Below are positions 54,694 to 64,000 of a stretch of 64,000 bases of DNA, piece after piece; positions within the stretch are counted from its first letter, which is position 1; every line of letters starts with the position of its first letter. The stretch comes from an uncultured delta proteobacterium (GTDB lineage: Bacteria > Desulfobacterota > Syntrophobacteria > Syntrophobacterales > Syntrophobacteraceae), in contig CAWEHK010000002.1 of assembly GCA_963808625.1 (NCBI GenBank), positions 1 to 64,000 on the forward strand. The letters are read 5' to 3'. The notes under the pieces are model-generated. The model was given only the letters and a program-made list of their open reading frames with translations, did no database searches and was not told the origin of the DNA. The position numbers and the translations under genes are program-made.

Positions 54694-56130
54694 TATGGAT
54701 CTGCTCAAGAAGACCCTGATTCTGAGCCAAATTCCGCTCTTTGCATCCCTCCCACCGAACGGCATCAAGTTTCTGGCAAAGACCCTGCAGCAGCACGATT
54801 TGCCTCCCGACACCCTGCTCCTGCGAGAGGGGGACCAGGGGGATCGCTTCTATATTGTCCTGGAAGGGCGCCTGGAGATCATCAAAGGGTTGGGCACCGA
54901 TGAGGAAAGATTGCTCTTTGTGCGGGGACCGGGTGATTTCATTGGCGAGATGAGCTTCCTTCTCCCCAGCGGGCTGCGCACGGCAAGCGTCCGCACCCGC
55001 ACCCATGTCAAGCTTCTGGAAATGACTCGCGAGGCTTTTAACCAACTCATGCAGCGATGGCCCGAGGTCGCAATCGAGATGGCCCGGACGCTGAGTCTCA
55101 GGCTGCGCGATTCCGACAATGCCAGAATCCAGGAGATGCGCAAGCGACGGCGCCAGGTTTCGAAGGTCCTATCAGAGCTCCAGACGACCCTGAATCACGT
55201 TGTCGAGAATGGCGCCGAGCCGGATTTCAAACGGGATGAAAGCCTCCGGCTGCTGACCGAATTCGCGAAGTTCCAGACCGCCATGGTGAGCGAGGACGTG
55301 GTCTCGGATCCGGAAAAGAAAGTCCAGGAGGTAAAGCGGGCTATTCATCGTTCGAGTATTCCCCAGGTCCACATCAAGACCCTTGGAGGGTTCCAGGCTA
55401 TTCCGTGACGAAACCCCGGTGGAGGAAAGCGAATGGGAGGCGAACCAGCCAAAACTCCTCCTCAAAGCGATCATTGCCCATCGCCCCCGCGGGGTGCCAA
55501 AAGATGTTCTGATCGAAGCCCTGTGGCCGGAGGTGTCTCCGGTCTCGGGAGAAAGGAACTTCAAGGTCATCCTCCACCGCTTGCGAAGGACCCTCGAACC
55601 TGAAATCGATAAGGATTTCGGATCATCCTACGTCCACCTCAAAGCCAACCTTGTCTTCCTGGATGAGGAACTTTGCCACGTCGACCTTGACGATTTCCTG
55701 TCCTGCCGTCGACGAGGGGAGAAAAAGGACGAAGAGGGGGATATCAAGAGCGCCATCGTCCTGTATAAACAGGCCATCGATCTTTACGCCGGCGATTTCC
55801 TGCCGGAAGACCTTTATGTCCCATGGGTCGCCGCGAAACGGGAAGAGCTCCAGACGCTCTATCTCAACCTCCTGTTCCGGATCGCCGAACTTTATGAAAA
55901 GACGAGGCAATCTCAAGAGTGCCACGGACTATTACAGGAAAGTCCTGCAAAAAGACCCCACCTCGGAGCCGGCCTACCAGCGCCTGATGTTGAATTATAC
56001 CAATCGAGGGATGCGAAACGCCGCCTTGAAAACCTATGAAGACTGCGTGAAAGCCCTTCGAAAAGAGCTTGACACGGAACCTGACACCCTCACCACATCG
56101 CTTTATAAAAAGCTGATCGAGTCCTCCTAG
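54694..56130 (+). CDS. cNMP-binding + SARP/BTAD transcriptional regulator (frameshifts)
   Basis: cNMP 'GDFIGEM...RTASV'; 'IKTLGGF'; 'LIEALWPE', 'LYAGDFLPED', 'DPTSEPAYQRLM'. Confidence 0.82.
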
Positions 56131-56248
56131 CAAACCTGTTCCGAGGCTAGCCGGGAGCTCCGCATTAACCTTTTTTCAACCCGCCACATGGTAGAAGATT
56201 GCAGCTTGAGATGGATGCTCTTCACAGTCTTACCAAGGAGGTGCAGCC

Positions 56249-56689
56249 ATGTGGCGGGAGCTCACCGAACACCAACACGCAGCAACGGGCGTGCTTGACG
56301 ATTGGGATGATGGCTTCGAAGTATTGGCCCCCGATTATTTCCGAGATCTCCTGGGGGATGAGGCCAGCAGGAGGAAAATTCTGAAGCCCTTGTGGGGAAA
56401 CGGTCACACTCGCCTTGATCCGGTCAGCCGTTACACGCTGGTTGAGCTGGCATGGTACTATGATCCGGCAAAAATCGAGGAAATCACTCTATGGGACGCG
56501 AAGGCCCTGCGCAAGATGCGGACCCCCTGGTCGGATTCAGCCACTACCGGGTTAGCGCAAAAACTATGCACCTTCTGTTCGAAATGGCGTGGTTTCAGGA
56601 AAGCCTGCTGCACGATGAGTGAGAATTGGAGCACAGAGTACGAGCACGGCAGAATAAAGTTACCATATCCTGCCGCGTCATTCCGGTGA
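56249..56689 (+). CDS. Hypothetical protein
   Basis: 146-aa ORF with AAGGAGG RBS; ends inside palindromic repeat copy 3. Confidence 0.55.
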   Translation: MWRELTEHQHAATGVLDDWDDGFEVLAPDYFRDLLGDEASRRKILKPLWGNGHTRLDPVSRYTLVELAWYYDPAKIEEITLWDAKALRKMRTPWSDSATTGLAQKLCTFCSKWRGFRKACCTMSENWSTEYEHGRIKLPYPAASFR

Positions 56690-56740
56690 AAACCGGAATC
56701 CAGAAAGATTGCCTGGATGCCGGCTTTCGCCGGCATGACG
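56676..56740. repeat. REP/RPE-like palindromic element, copy 3
   Basis: CGTCATTCCGGTGAAAACCGGAATCCAG..CTGGATGCCGGCTTTCGCCGGCATGACG. Confidence 0.88.
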
Positions 56741-56809
56741 ATCTCACTTCTGACAGTCATTTATGGGGAGCTGTACTCAGCTGAGTGGGCAGCGCTTTTG
56801 GTCGGGCCT

Positions 56810-56898
56810 GATCACTCATCACCACCCATTCACCGCTCGTCACTGTTCTCTGACCACTGACCACTGTTCACTCTTCACTTTCACTCTTCACTGCACTG
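56810..56898 (+). repeat. Degenerate 6-7-mer tract (TCACTGT/CCACTGA/TCACTCT)
   Basis: Repeated xCACTx units upstream of the DUF72 start. Confidence 0.6.
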
Positions 56899-56907
56899 GA
56901 GGATACG

Positions 56908-57926
56908 ATGCTGGCAGAGATGATCTTGATATCCCAAGCTACCGTTTCCGCGGTCTTCACCCGGATATTTTGCTGGGAACCGCGAGTGACCGGTATGCCG
57001 GCTGGATCGGACAGATCTATTCGGAAGATCATTATCGGGATCGGATAACCAGCCGCAGCAAAAAAGTCGGAGGAAAGACCTTCAAGGAGATGGTTCTCCC
57101 GGTGGATAGCCTGACGGAGTATTTCGACCATTTCCGGGTTCTTGAGATCGATTACACCTTCTATCAACTGCTGCTCGACCGGAACGGCACGCCTACCCAG
57201 GCCTTTCACGTTCTGAAAAGCTATCGGGAGCACATGGCAGCGGGTGACGCCGTGATTCTCAAAGTCCCGCAGGTCGTCTTTGCTCAGAAGATCCGGCACG
57301 GCAGTGCTTATACCGCCAACGAAACTTACCTCGATCCCGAGGTCTTCACCCACCAGTTTTATCTGCCGGCGACCGAGCTCCTGGGCTCGCACCTCGAGGG
57401 GTTCATTTTCGAGCAGGAATATCAGCGCAAGGACGAACGCCTGCCGGCGTCCGAACTGGCAAGGGCATTGGCGGGGTTCTTTGAAGCGCTACCGACCGAT
57501 CAGCGTTACCATGTTGAATTCCGCACGGAGTCTTATCTCAGCAAAGCAATTTTCGCGGTCCTGGAAAACTTCGGCGTCGGTCAGGTGCTCTCACATTGGA
57601 CCTGGCTGCCTCCCCTCGCGGCGCAATTGGCAAAGGCGGGCGGGCGCTTTTTCAATTCCGGACGGCAGGCAATTATTCGCCTCATGACCCCCCTCGGCAC
57701 CCGGTACGAAGACGCTTACGCCCAGGCCTTCCCTTTTGATCGACTGGTTGCGGGCATGCTCCAGCCCCGGATGATTGACGAAACGGCACAACTTATGAGA
57801 GAGGGGATCAGGCAAAACGTGCAGATGAATATCATGATCAACAATCGCGCGGGGGGAAACGCACCCCGGATTGCTCAGCTCCTCGCAGAGCGTTTTCTTT
57901 CCATACAAGCCGACGGAGGGCACTGA
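56908..57926 (+). CDS. DUF72 family protein (start approximate, likely indel near 5' end)
   Basis: 'LGTAS..Y.GW', 'LEIDYTFY', 'LKVPQ', 'VEFR', 'INNRAGG.AP'. Confidence 0.8.
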
Positions 57927-58098
57927 TCCTCGGGGCTCGTCCAAAAAAAACCTGTTCTCATTTCGATCCTCTTTCAAACCACGAAGGACATGAAGAGGAC
58001 GAAATAATGACTTCTTGTCTTTTGTCTCTCTTGTGTTTTCCGTGTCTTCCGTGTGTTCCGTGGTGAAAGAGGTCATCTCATTCCGGGTCAAATCTTCA

Positions 58099-58992
58099 TC
58101 ACCGACCTTGCCGGTATCCAAACTCGGAACGCGCGCGCGGGTCCTTGCGCCAGTTCTTCTGCACCCGCACGAACAGCCCCAGGAACACATGACATCCGAG
58201 AAGAGCTTCCACGTCGCGGCGGGCCTGTTTGCCGATTTCTTTGAGCATCCGGCCTTGTTTGCCGATAATGATCCCCTTCTGGGAATCACGCTCCACGTGG
58301 ATGGTCGCCTCAATATCAATCCGCTCCTGTTCCGGTCTTTCGGTAAATTTCTCCACCGTGACCGCCACGGCATAGGGCACTTCCCGGCTCAGCAAACGAA
58401 ACACCTTCTCCCGGATCAATTCCGCCACCAGGAAGCGTTCCGGCTGATCCGTCAGCTGCTCTTCCGGGAAATAGCGGGGCCCTTCCGGCAGCAGTTGCCC
58501 GATCTCGCCGAGGAGATGGTCGACGCCATCCCCGGTGAGCGCGGAAATGGGCACAATGGCGTGAAATGGCAGGGTCTGACTGTATTCATTGATCAAGGGA
58601 AGCAAATCGCGCTTGTCCCGCACCAGATCGGTCTTATTGATGGCGAGAATGATGGGCGTCTTGAGGTATTTGAGACTTTCCAGGACGACCCCGATTTCTT
58701 CCCGGCAGGCCTTGAGTGCGTCCACCAGGAAGCAGACCACGTCGACCTCGCTCAACGTGGCAAGAGCGGCATCCACCAGAATCTTGTTGAATTCATCGTG
58801 CGCTCTGATGATTCCCGGGGTGTCCACAAAAATGATCTGCGCCTCAGCATCGGTTAGGATCCCAAGGACCCGGTTGCGGGTCGTCTGGGGTCTCGGCGCG
58901 GTAATGGAAATCTTCTCCTTGAGGATCTGGTTGAGGAGCGTCGATTTGCCGACGTTCGGAGGTCCAATGAGGGCCACATAACCTGATTGCAT
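58099..58992 (-). CDS. era: GTPase Era
   Basis: 'GPPNVGKSTL', 'DTPG', 'NKTD', KH 'IIGKQG'. Confidence 0.96.
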   Translation of the reverse strand: MQSGYVALIGPPNVGKSTLLNQILKEKISITAPRPQTTRNRVLGILTDAEAQIIFVDTPGIIRAHDEFNKILVDAALATLSEVDVVCFLVDALKACREEIGVVLESLKYLKTPIILAINKTDLVRDKRDLLPLINEYSQTLPFHAIVPISALTGDGVDHLLGEIGQLLPEGPRYFPEEQLTDQPERFLVAELIREKVFRLLSREVPYAVAVTVEKFTERPEQERIDIEATIHVERDSQKGIIIGKQGRMLKEIGKQARRDVEALLGCHVFLGLFVRVQKNWRKDPRARSEFGYRQGR

Positions 58993-59005
58993 CGTTCATC
59001 TTTCT

Positions 59006-60051
59006 TCAATTCAAAGAAATGTCAAAGTCTCCGGGAAGCTGTTCGGCCCTGCCCTTCACCGTTACCCCGTTGAGGCGCCATTTCTCCTGCCAGTGTCTGA
59101 GATTGGATTTCCCCGGACCGATCACTTCGCTCCGGGACCGATCCGCGACCCAGAGCGTCAGCTCTCTGCCCAGGAAGAGCCCAGGGCTCACCCGGATATG
59201 CCGATCGAGCCGCTCCCGCCACCAGTGGACCTTTACCAGGTGCCCAAACGCCGGGTGGAAGGGTCCCGCAAGGACGCTTCCCGGTTTTTGCAGCTCCGGA
59301 TCAGGATGGAGACCCAGGCGGGCGATCGGGATATTTGCCTGAAAGAGAAACTCGTAGGCCGGAACGCACCAGGAGATTGCTTCCTCGAGAGACAGCGGCA
59401 CATAGGAGCCTTCCCGCCACCACGCGGCGAGTTCGGTCTCCGCCAGGACCAGGGTGGGATAGATCCGCACAAAATCTGGCCGTAGCTGAACCGCCGCAAC
59501 AATCGAATCCAGGAACTGCACGCGAGAGTCCCCCGGCAACCCGAGCATCAACTGAAGACCCAAGCGCCATCCTTTTTCACGCACAAGGGCCGCAGCCCTT
59601 TTCACGGTTGCTACGGAATAACCGCGCCGGCTTTGAAAGAGCACCTCATCCGCCAGACTCTGCACTCCCAGCTCGATGGTTGCAACCGGATAATTGCTCA
59701 GGAGCGAACCGATGTCTTCGGTGATGCCATCCGGGCGCGTAGAAAGGCGAAGGCCGCTGAAAACTCCGGCGCGGACCCATGGGGTAACGGTTTCGAGGAT
59801 CTCCCGCATGACCTCCGACGGCAGGGCGGTAAAAGTCCCGCCATAAAAGGCAAGCTCCCCCGCCATCGTGCTTCTCCCGAGCGTGCTCCAGAAGGTGGCC
59901 GAATTGCTCCTGGAAGCAAGCAACAATACCGTCTGCGGATGCGGCATATGATGGACTTGAGGTCACCGCCCGCTGATTACAGTAGACGCATTGAAAGGGG
60001 CAGCCCGCATGAGGCAAGAATACTGGGATAGATTAAATTTTTGTGAGTCAT
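59006..60051 (-). CDS. Elp3/YhcC-like radical SAM protein (frameshifts)
   Basis: 'PHAGCPFQCVYCNQ', 'AFYGGTFT', 'STRPD', 'ELGVQS', 'GPFHPAFG'. Confidence 0.85.
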
Positions 60052-60489
60052 TGGCCCATAGTCTTTCCGGTCGTTTTCCTCAAGATTGCAGCTTATGCTT
60101 AATGCCGTCGAAAGTAAACGACTACACTCCGGATATTCGATGCGGAAAGCCGCCCGTTCCCCCGGCGCTCAGTTGCTAAAGTCCCATACGAGAACATTGC
60201 ATGGAAGTGCAATTGACAAGCGTTCCCAATCGCTCGTGCTTTGGATATTCGACATAAGGTGAGCTGAGGAGAGGAGGAACGTCTAGGATGCCCCGTGTGA
60301 GTGCGAGGTAGGGGTTCAAGAGCGATCAAGAATGAGGGACGTACCCAAGGAATGGCAATGCTGAAAGGGAAAAGTAGGGGTGTTTGGGCGGAAGATGAGA
60401 GACCGAGCAGAAACTGGTGGCGCACCTGTCGTGGGAGAAGCGAGGTGGGCGCCAACGGATGGGTGTCTCAATGCGGCAAGGGTGTGAAG

Positions 60490-62167
60490 TTACTCGATCA
60501 GCACCCGATATTTGCGCAGGATGTCTGATTTGGTGATCAGTTCAGCAACGCCGCTTGGCTTGCGCACATTGGTTCCGCATAGAATGAAGACCTCATAGGT
60601 GTCAAAGATGGCGTAGCGGTCCTCGTCGAAGACGATGAGTTTGTTGCCGTTTTCCTGTCTGACTTTCTCACGGAACTTGCGGATTCCCGTTTCCTGCCCT
60701 TTTTGTGCGAGTTCATCCTGTCGATCCATCCAAGTTTGGAAGGCAACGGTGAGGGCCATCATCACAAGCGTGAGGTAGACATGGGATCGAAAGGCATCGG
60801 CATTGTTTCGTGGCGCCCTCTGAATGAACCATCCCTGCTTTGCCTCCCGGAAGAGCCCATTTCCGATTTCACTGCGGGCATCATAGCCATCATAGACCAT
60901 GAAGGGTTTGGTGACAGGACCATGGTGAGGATGACGAGAGTATCGGAGTTGGGGTTGTTGCGTTTGTAAGGATCGTCGAGAACACGACGGCATTGATGGG
61001 ATTGGCGATGAAGTCTTTGCGGTTTTCGTGGCTGCCGCTGCCGAGCTCTCCGTAGAATCCGGCCGAGGTGAGTGCTCGATGCCCACAATGTCCCAGTGAT
61101 CCACGACGAGGTCTTATTCTTTCCGTTCCAACCGAGCGGGTCTTATCCCTGGTTTCTCGGATGCCGTTATCAATCAGCGAGAGGGCATCGGTGTAAACGT
61201 GCATGTTGGTTTTGGCCGGGATATAGAAAATGATGTGCATGGTCTGCAGCCACCACAAGAACTTGCCGTCGGTAAATCCGCGATCCACCGCCAGAGAGGC
61301 GATTGTCGCATGAGCTGCCAGGTTGTTGATGGCCTGTTCAACCACTTCACGAGCGAGATCGATGTCGCTGATCTCAATGGTGGCAAAACGCAAGGCAAGA
61401 GGGAGACGACTGTTAGGGTCCCAAACGACCCAGATCTTGAAGCCAAAGACGGTTTCCAATACCTTTCGAATACGTTTCCTGCGTCGCCGCAGTTCGGGCG
61501 CTTTTTCCTTGGAGACCTTGCCGCACCCCGAACATTGCTCGGTGGACTGAATTTCCGAGGCATCTAAAAGGGCATGGATCTTTTTGGGAAAGAAGGAATG
61601 GGCAGCCAAGATCGTGATAACCGCATTGAATAGACGTTCCAGAGCGGTAGCCGTGATCAATTGGATGTAAGCAGCGATAGAATCAGGACAATAGGGACCG
61701 CGAATCGGAGAGGGTTCGGATTCTTCATGGGCTTGATCGGAATCGGCGCAGGTCTGCGGCACAGGAGGTTGCTTTCCCCTGGCGGAGGTGCCTTCGCGAA
61801 TCTGCCTGCCATTGAAGCCCACCAGTCGCATCAGGGGCTGAGAGGAAAGGATGACCGGGGCAATATGCCAAAAGAAGCGCAAGCCGGCGACGATACGCAT
61901 GAGATAGATCAGGATCACGGCCTCGAACCTCACGTTGCTGGCTCGCTTTATCCTGCCGGGATCAAGACGCTTGAAATGGTGCATTATTCCCAGCTCTTCA
62001 AGGAAGCAGAAGAACTCGTCGAAAAGCCCGGCTTCACCAAGCCCATAAACCTCGGAAATCTCTTTACCTTCCGCAAGGTCTTGGGTGATTCCAGCCTGGT
62101 CTCGGCATGCGGTGCACCACGCCAGTCCTTCCGTAATCTTCTCAGACGCCTCAGTGATCAGTTTCAT
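60490..62167 (-). CDS. DDE transposase, IS4 superfamily-like (frameshifts)
   Basis: 'LLDASE', 'FGFK', 'AVDRGF', 'YDARSEIGNGLFREAKQ'. Confidence 0.8.
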
Positions 62168-62231
62168 GGGAAAACCTCCTGTTCAGAGTTCTTCCCATGG
62201 TTATTTATACGGTTTTTGCGTGAATCTCCAG

Positions 62232-63416
62232 CTCAAAGTTTGCACACCCTCCCAGGTTGCAGTCAGTGAGTGAATTCTCAAGTACGTCAAGGAAATAGAA
62301 GAACTCTTCTGAGTCTGATTTACCCAAAAATAGTTGACTTGACAGCATCATGATCTGTCGGATTCGAGAGCAGAAAGATTGAACGAGAGCCAATTCAAGG
62401 TGCTCTCGGGCAAGTTCCTGGAAAAGAGGTCCGATGGGTCCCGTAAGCTGCCTTTTTCAAGGATATAGACGAGAATGAGATAGCGAATCATGACAATCGA
62501 CGCCCAGGCTACCACGGCATCAAAAGTTTCGCTCTGGCCCTTGCCCAACCCCAGAAGCCGTTTACAGTCCTTGAAGTAGCACTCGATTGCCCATCTACGA
62601 GAATAATAGTCGAGAATCTCTGGGGTCTCCAGGTCGGCTTCGGTACACAGGAAAGCATGCCAGTTCTCTTGCTCCATCGGACAAACACAATGCTCACCTT
62701 TCCTGTGAGAGGCAGCTGGACATTGAGAATGGCAGCCTTCACCTGCCAGGAGCTCACCCAGCGCAGCGCGTGCCTGGCCAATTGTGCCAGAGCTGCAACA
62801 AAGTCATGGATTGACCCCGATAGGAGTAGCGAGTCTTGCCGCGCTTGAGCCGACAGATGACGCCATAACCAATGTCAAGGATCTTGGAGATGACCTTGTT
62901 CGAGGCAAACCAGGAATCAAAGAGCACAAAGCGGGCACTGATCCCATTTTGCCAGCACCTTTGGATCATTTGGACAAGAAGGATTGAAGCACGGGTGATT
63001 CAAAAACCGGCAGTAAGTGCCCTTGTGAGCTTGGATGAGTTCTCAAAAAACTGCCCAGACCATAGCGCTGAAAGGGATTGCCTGATCACGGGCAGAACGA
63101 TCAGAGCAAAGAGCAGAGTAACGGTTGAGTAACCCTTCTCCTTTTGGATGCCGGACTGATGCAGTAAAGCCCTTATCCCCAGCTCACTCATGGATTTGTT
63201 CACCTCTGATTCCATATTGAGCTGCGTTTCTCGATTTCCTTTTAAGGGAGAGAGAAAATACGATATTCTTCTTCATGGCAGCTCCTTTTTTTGTGTAGTT
63301 GTGATGACTTAGCAAAATCAACACTACTGCATTTGGGGCTGCCTTACCGCCAAAAATGACGATATGTCAGCTACTTGCCATCACCTAACTCTCCCAGATG
63401 GTGTGCGAAACTTCAG
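62232..63416. mobile_element. Inner IS (IS4/IS701-like), internally deleted
   Basis: Imperfect IRs CTCAAAGTTTGCACACC / GGTGTGCGAAACTTCAG; 7-bp duplication TCTCCAG at 62225-62231 and 63417-63423. Confidence 0.8.
62274..63276 (-). pseudogene. Fragmented DDE transposase
   Basis: 'VLFDSWF', 'YSRRWAIECYFKDCK'; the N-terminal piece joins the mid part with no first catalytic Asp region evident. Confidence 0.75.
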
Positions 63417-63644
63417 TCTCCAGAAAATAATGAACCATCAACCAGTATTTTTCACCCCGGATTGCCCATGACCTGCTCCCCCTCAATTTCTCCTCCCAGT
63501 TCTCGCGCATCAGGTCCGGTTGTTATATCGAATATCCAGAAGTCATCTTACGGCGATAAGCCGTTGTCTTCTTACCTGATAGTTGGTAAAAGGCGAGTCT
63601 CATTAAGCGTTGCAGTATGACCATGGCCGGGGGTTGTGAATGCA

Positions 63645-64000
63645 ATGAAAAAGCGACGTCAGGTTTCAAACCAAAGAGCAAAGCCATCCAAAGCCTCAGA
63701 GCAATCCCCGGCGGTTTCGCCGAGCAAATCGGTTCAGGAACTTTCTCCCCAGAACGGCGGTGCAGCACCATCCCGGTCTGCCCGCAACCGGCTCTGGATT
63801 CAGCTTTGGCGCTGCTATTCGTGGTTGCGGTGGGTCTCTGGGTGCGCCTGGAAGATCTCGTTTCCTGGGACAGGGAACCTGGAAGGGCCTACTACGCAGG
63901 ACAACCTTTGTTGACCGCCCTCGATGGTTATTTTTACCTCACCCTTGCCCGTGATCTCGTCGAAGGAACGTACCTGCTCATCGATGAAAAGAGGGCGGTG
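63645..64000 (+). CDS. STT3/PglB-like oligosaccharyltransferase, N-terminus (frameshift near 63805; runs off window)
   Basis: After the shift: LALLFVVAVGLWVRLEDL...PLLTALDGYFYLTLARDLVEG; TM1-R followed by the 'D.Y.Y' motif. Confidence 0.6.

Larger units (their letters stand above)
60242..63538. mobile_element. Outer IS-like element (DDE transposase) containing a nested IS
   Basis: Inverted repeats TGGATATTCGACATAA (60242-60257) and TTATATCGAATATCCA (63523-63538), 15/16 match. No target duplication seen. Confidence 0.65.

Noticed and set aside
400..60051. Mass pseudogenisation or programmed frameshifting
   Set aside because: Single-base indels hit housekeeping genes (lepB, pgm, ilvB, leuA) with otherwise intact motifs, which is typical of unpolished long-read assembly.

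Overview
Chromosomal segment whose gene content looks like Desulfobacterota/Deltaproteobacteria (inferred, no marker search run). Most long genes are broken by single-base indels, best explained as long-read assembly error, so many boundaries are reconstructed across frames. Left to right: pilM 5' end, lepB, namZ-like gene; a minus-strand signalling cluster (2.3-10.1 kb); glcD-like oxidase, amgK/murU-like pair and an SLBB polysaccharide-export gene; tRNA-Thr(CGT) with two tandem integrated elements (an 11.3 kb phage-satellite-like island and a 2.7 kb integrase-less islet with an HTH-ImmA/IrrE peptidase + PIN pair and a DUF4297-like remnant); B12 radical SAM, adenylate cyclase-AAA-TPR, a DnaB-like remnant, SDR, pgm, TerC, 5'-nucleotidase, pepN, Uma2, ilvB/ilvN, CBS protein, a CCA-type nucleotidyltransferase, leuA with a Leu attenuator, a cNMP-BTAD regulator, DUF72, era, an Elp3-like radical SAM, nested IS elements, and the start of an STT3/PglB-like gene. 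Top candidate for an undescribed system: two unannotated tandem ~30-codon genes (Sec-type signal peptide + xGGGGP) behind a sigma54 promoter, between an NtrC-family activator and an orphan family-5 peptide-binding protein plus sensor kinase and response regulators. This layout suggests a peptide quorum-sensing/autoinduction loop in a Gram-negative anaerobe-type genome.
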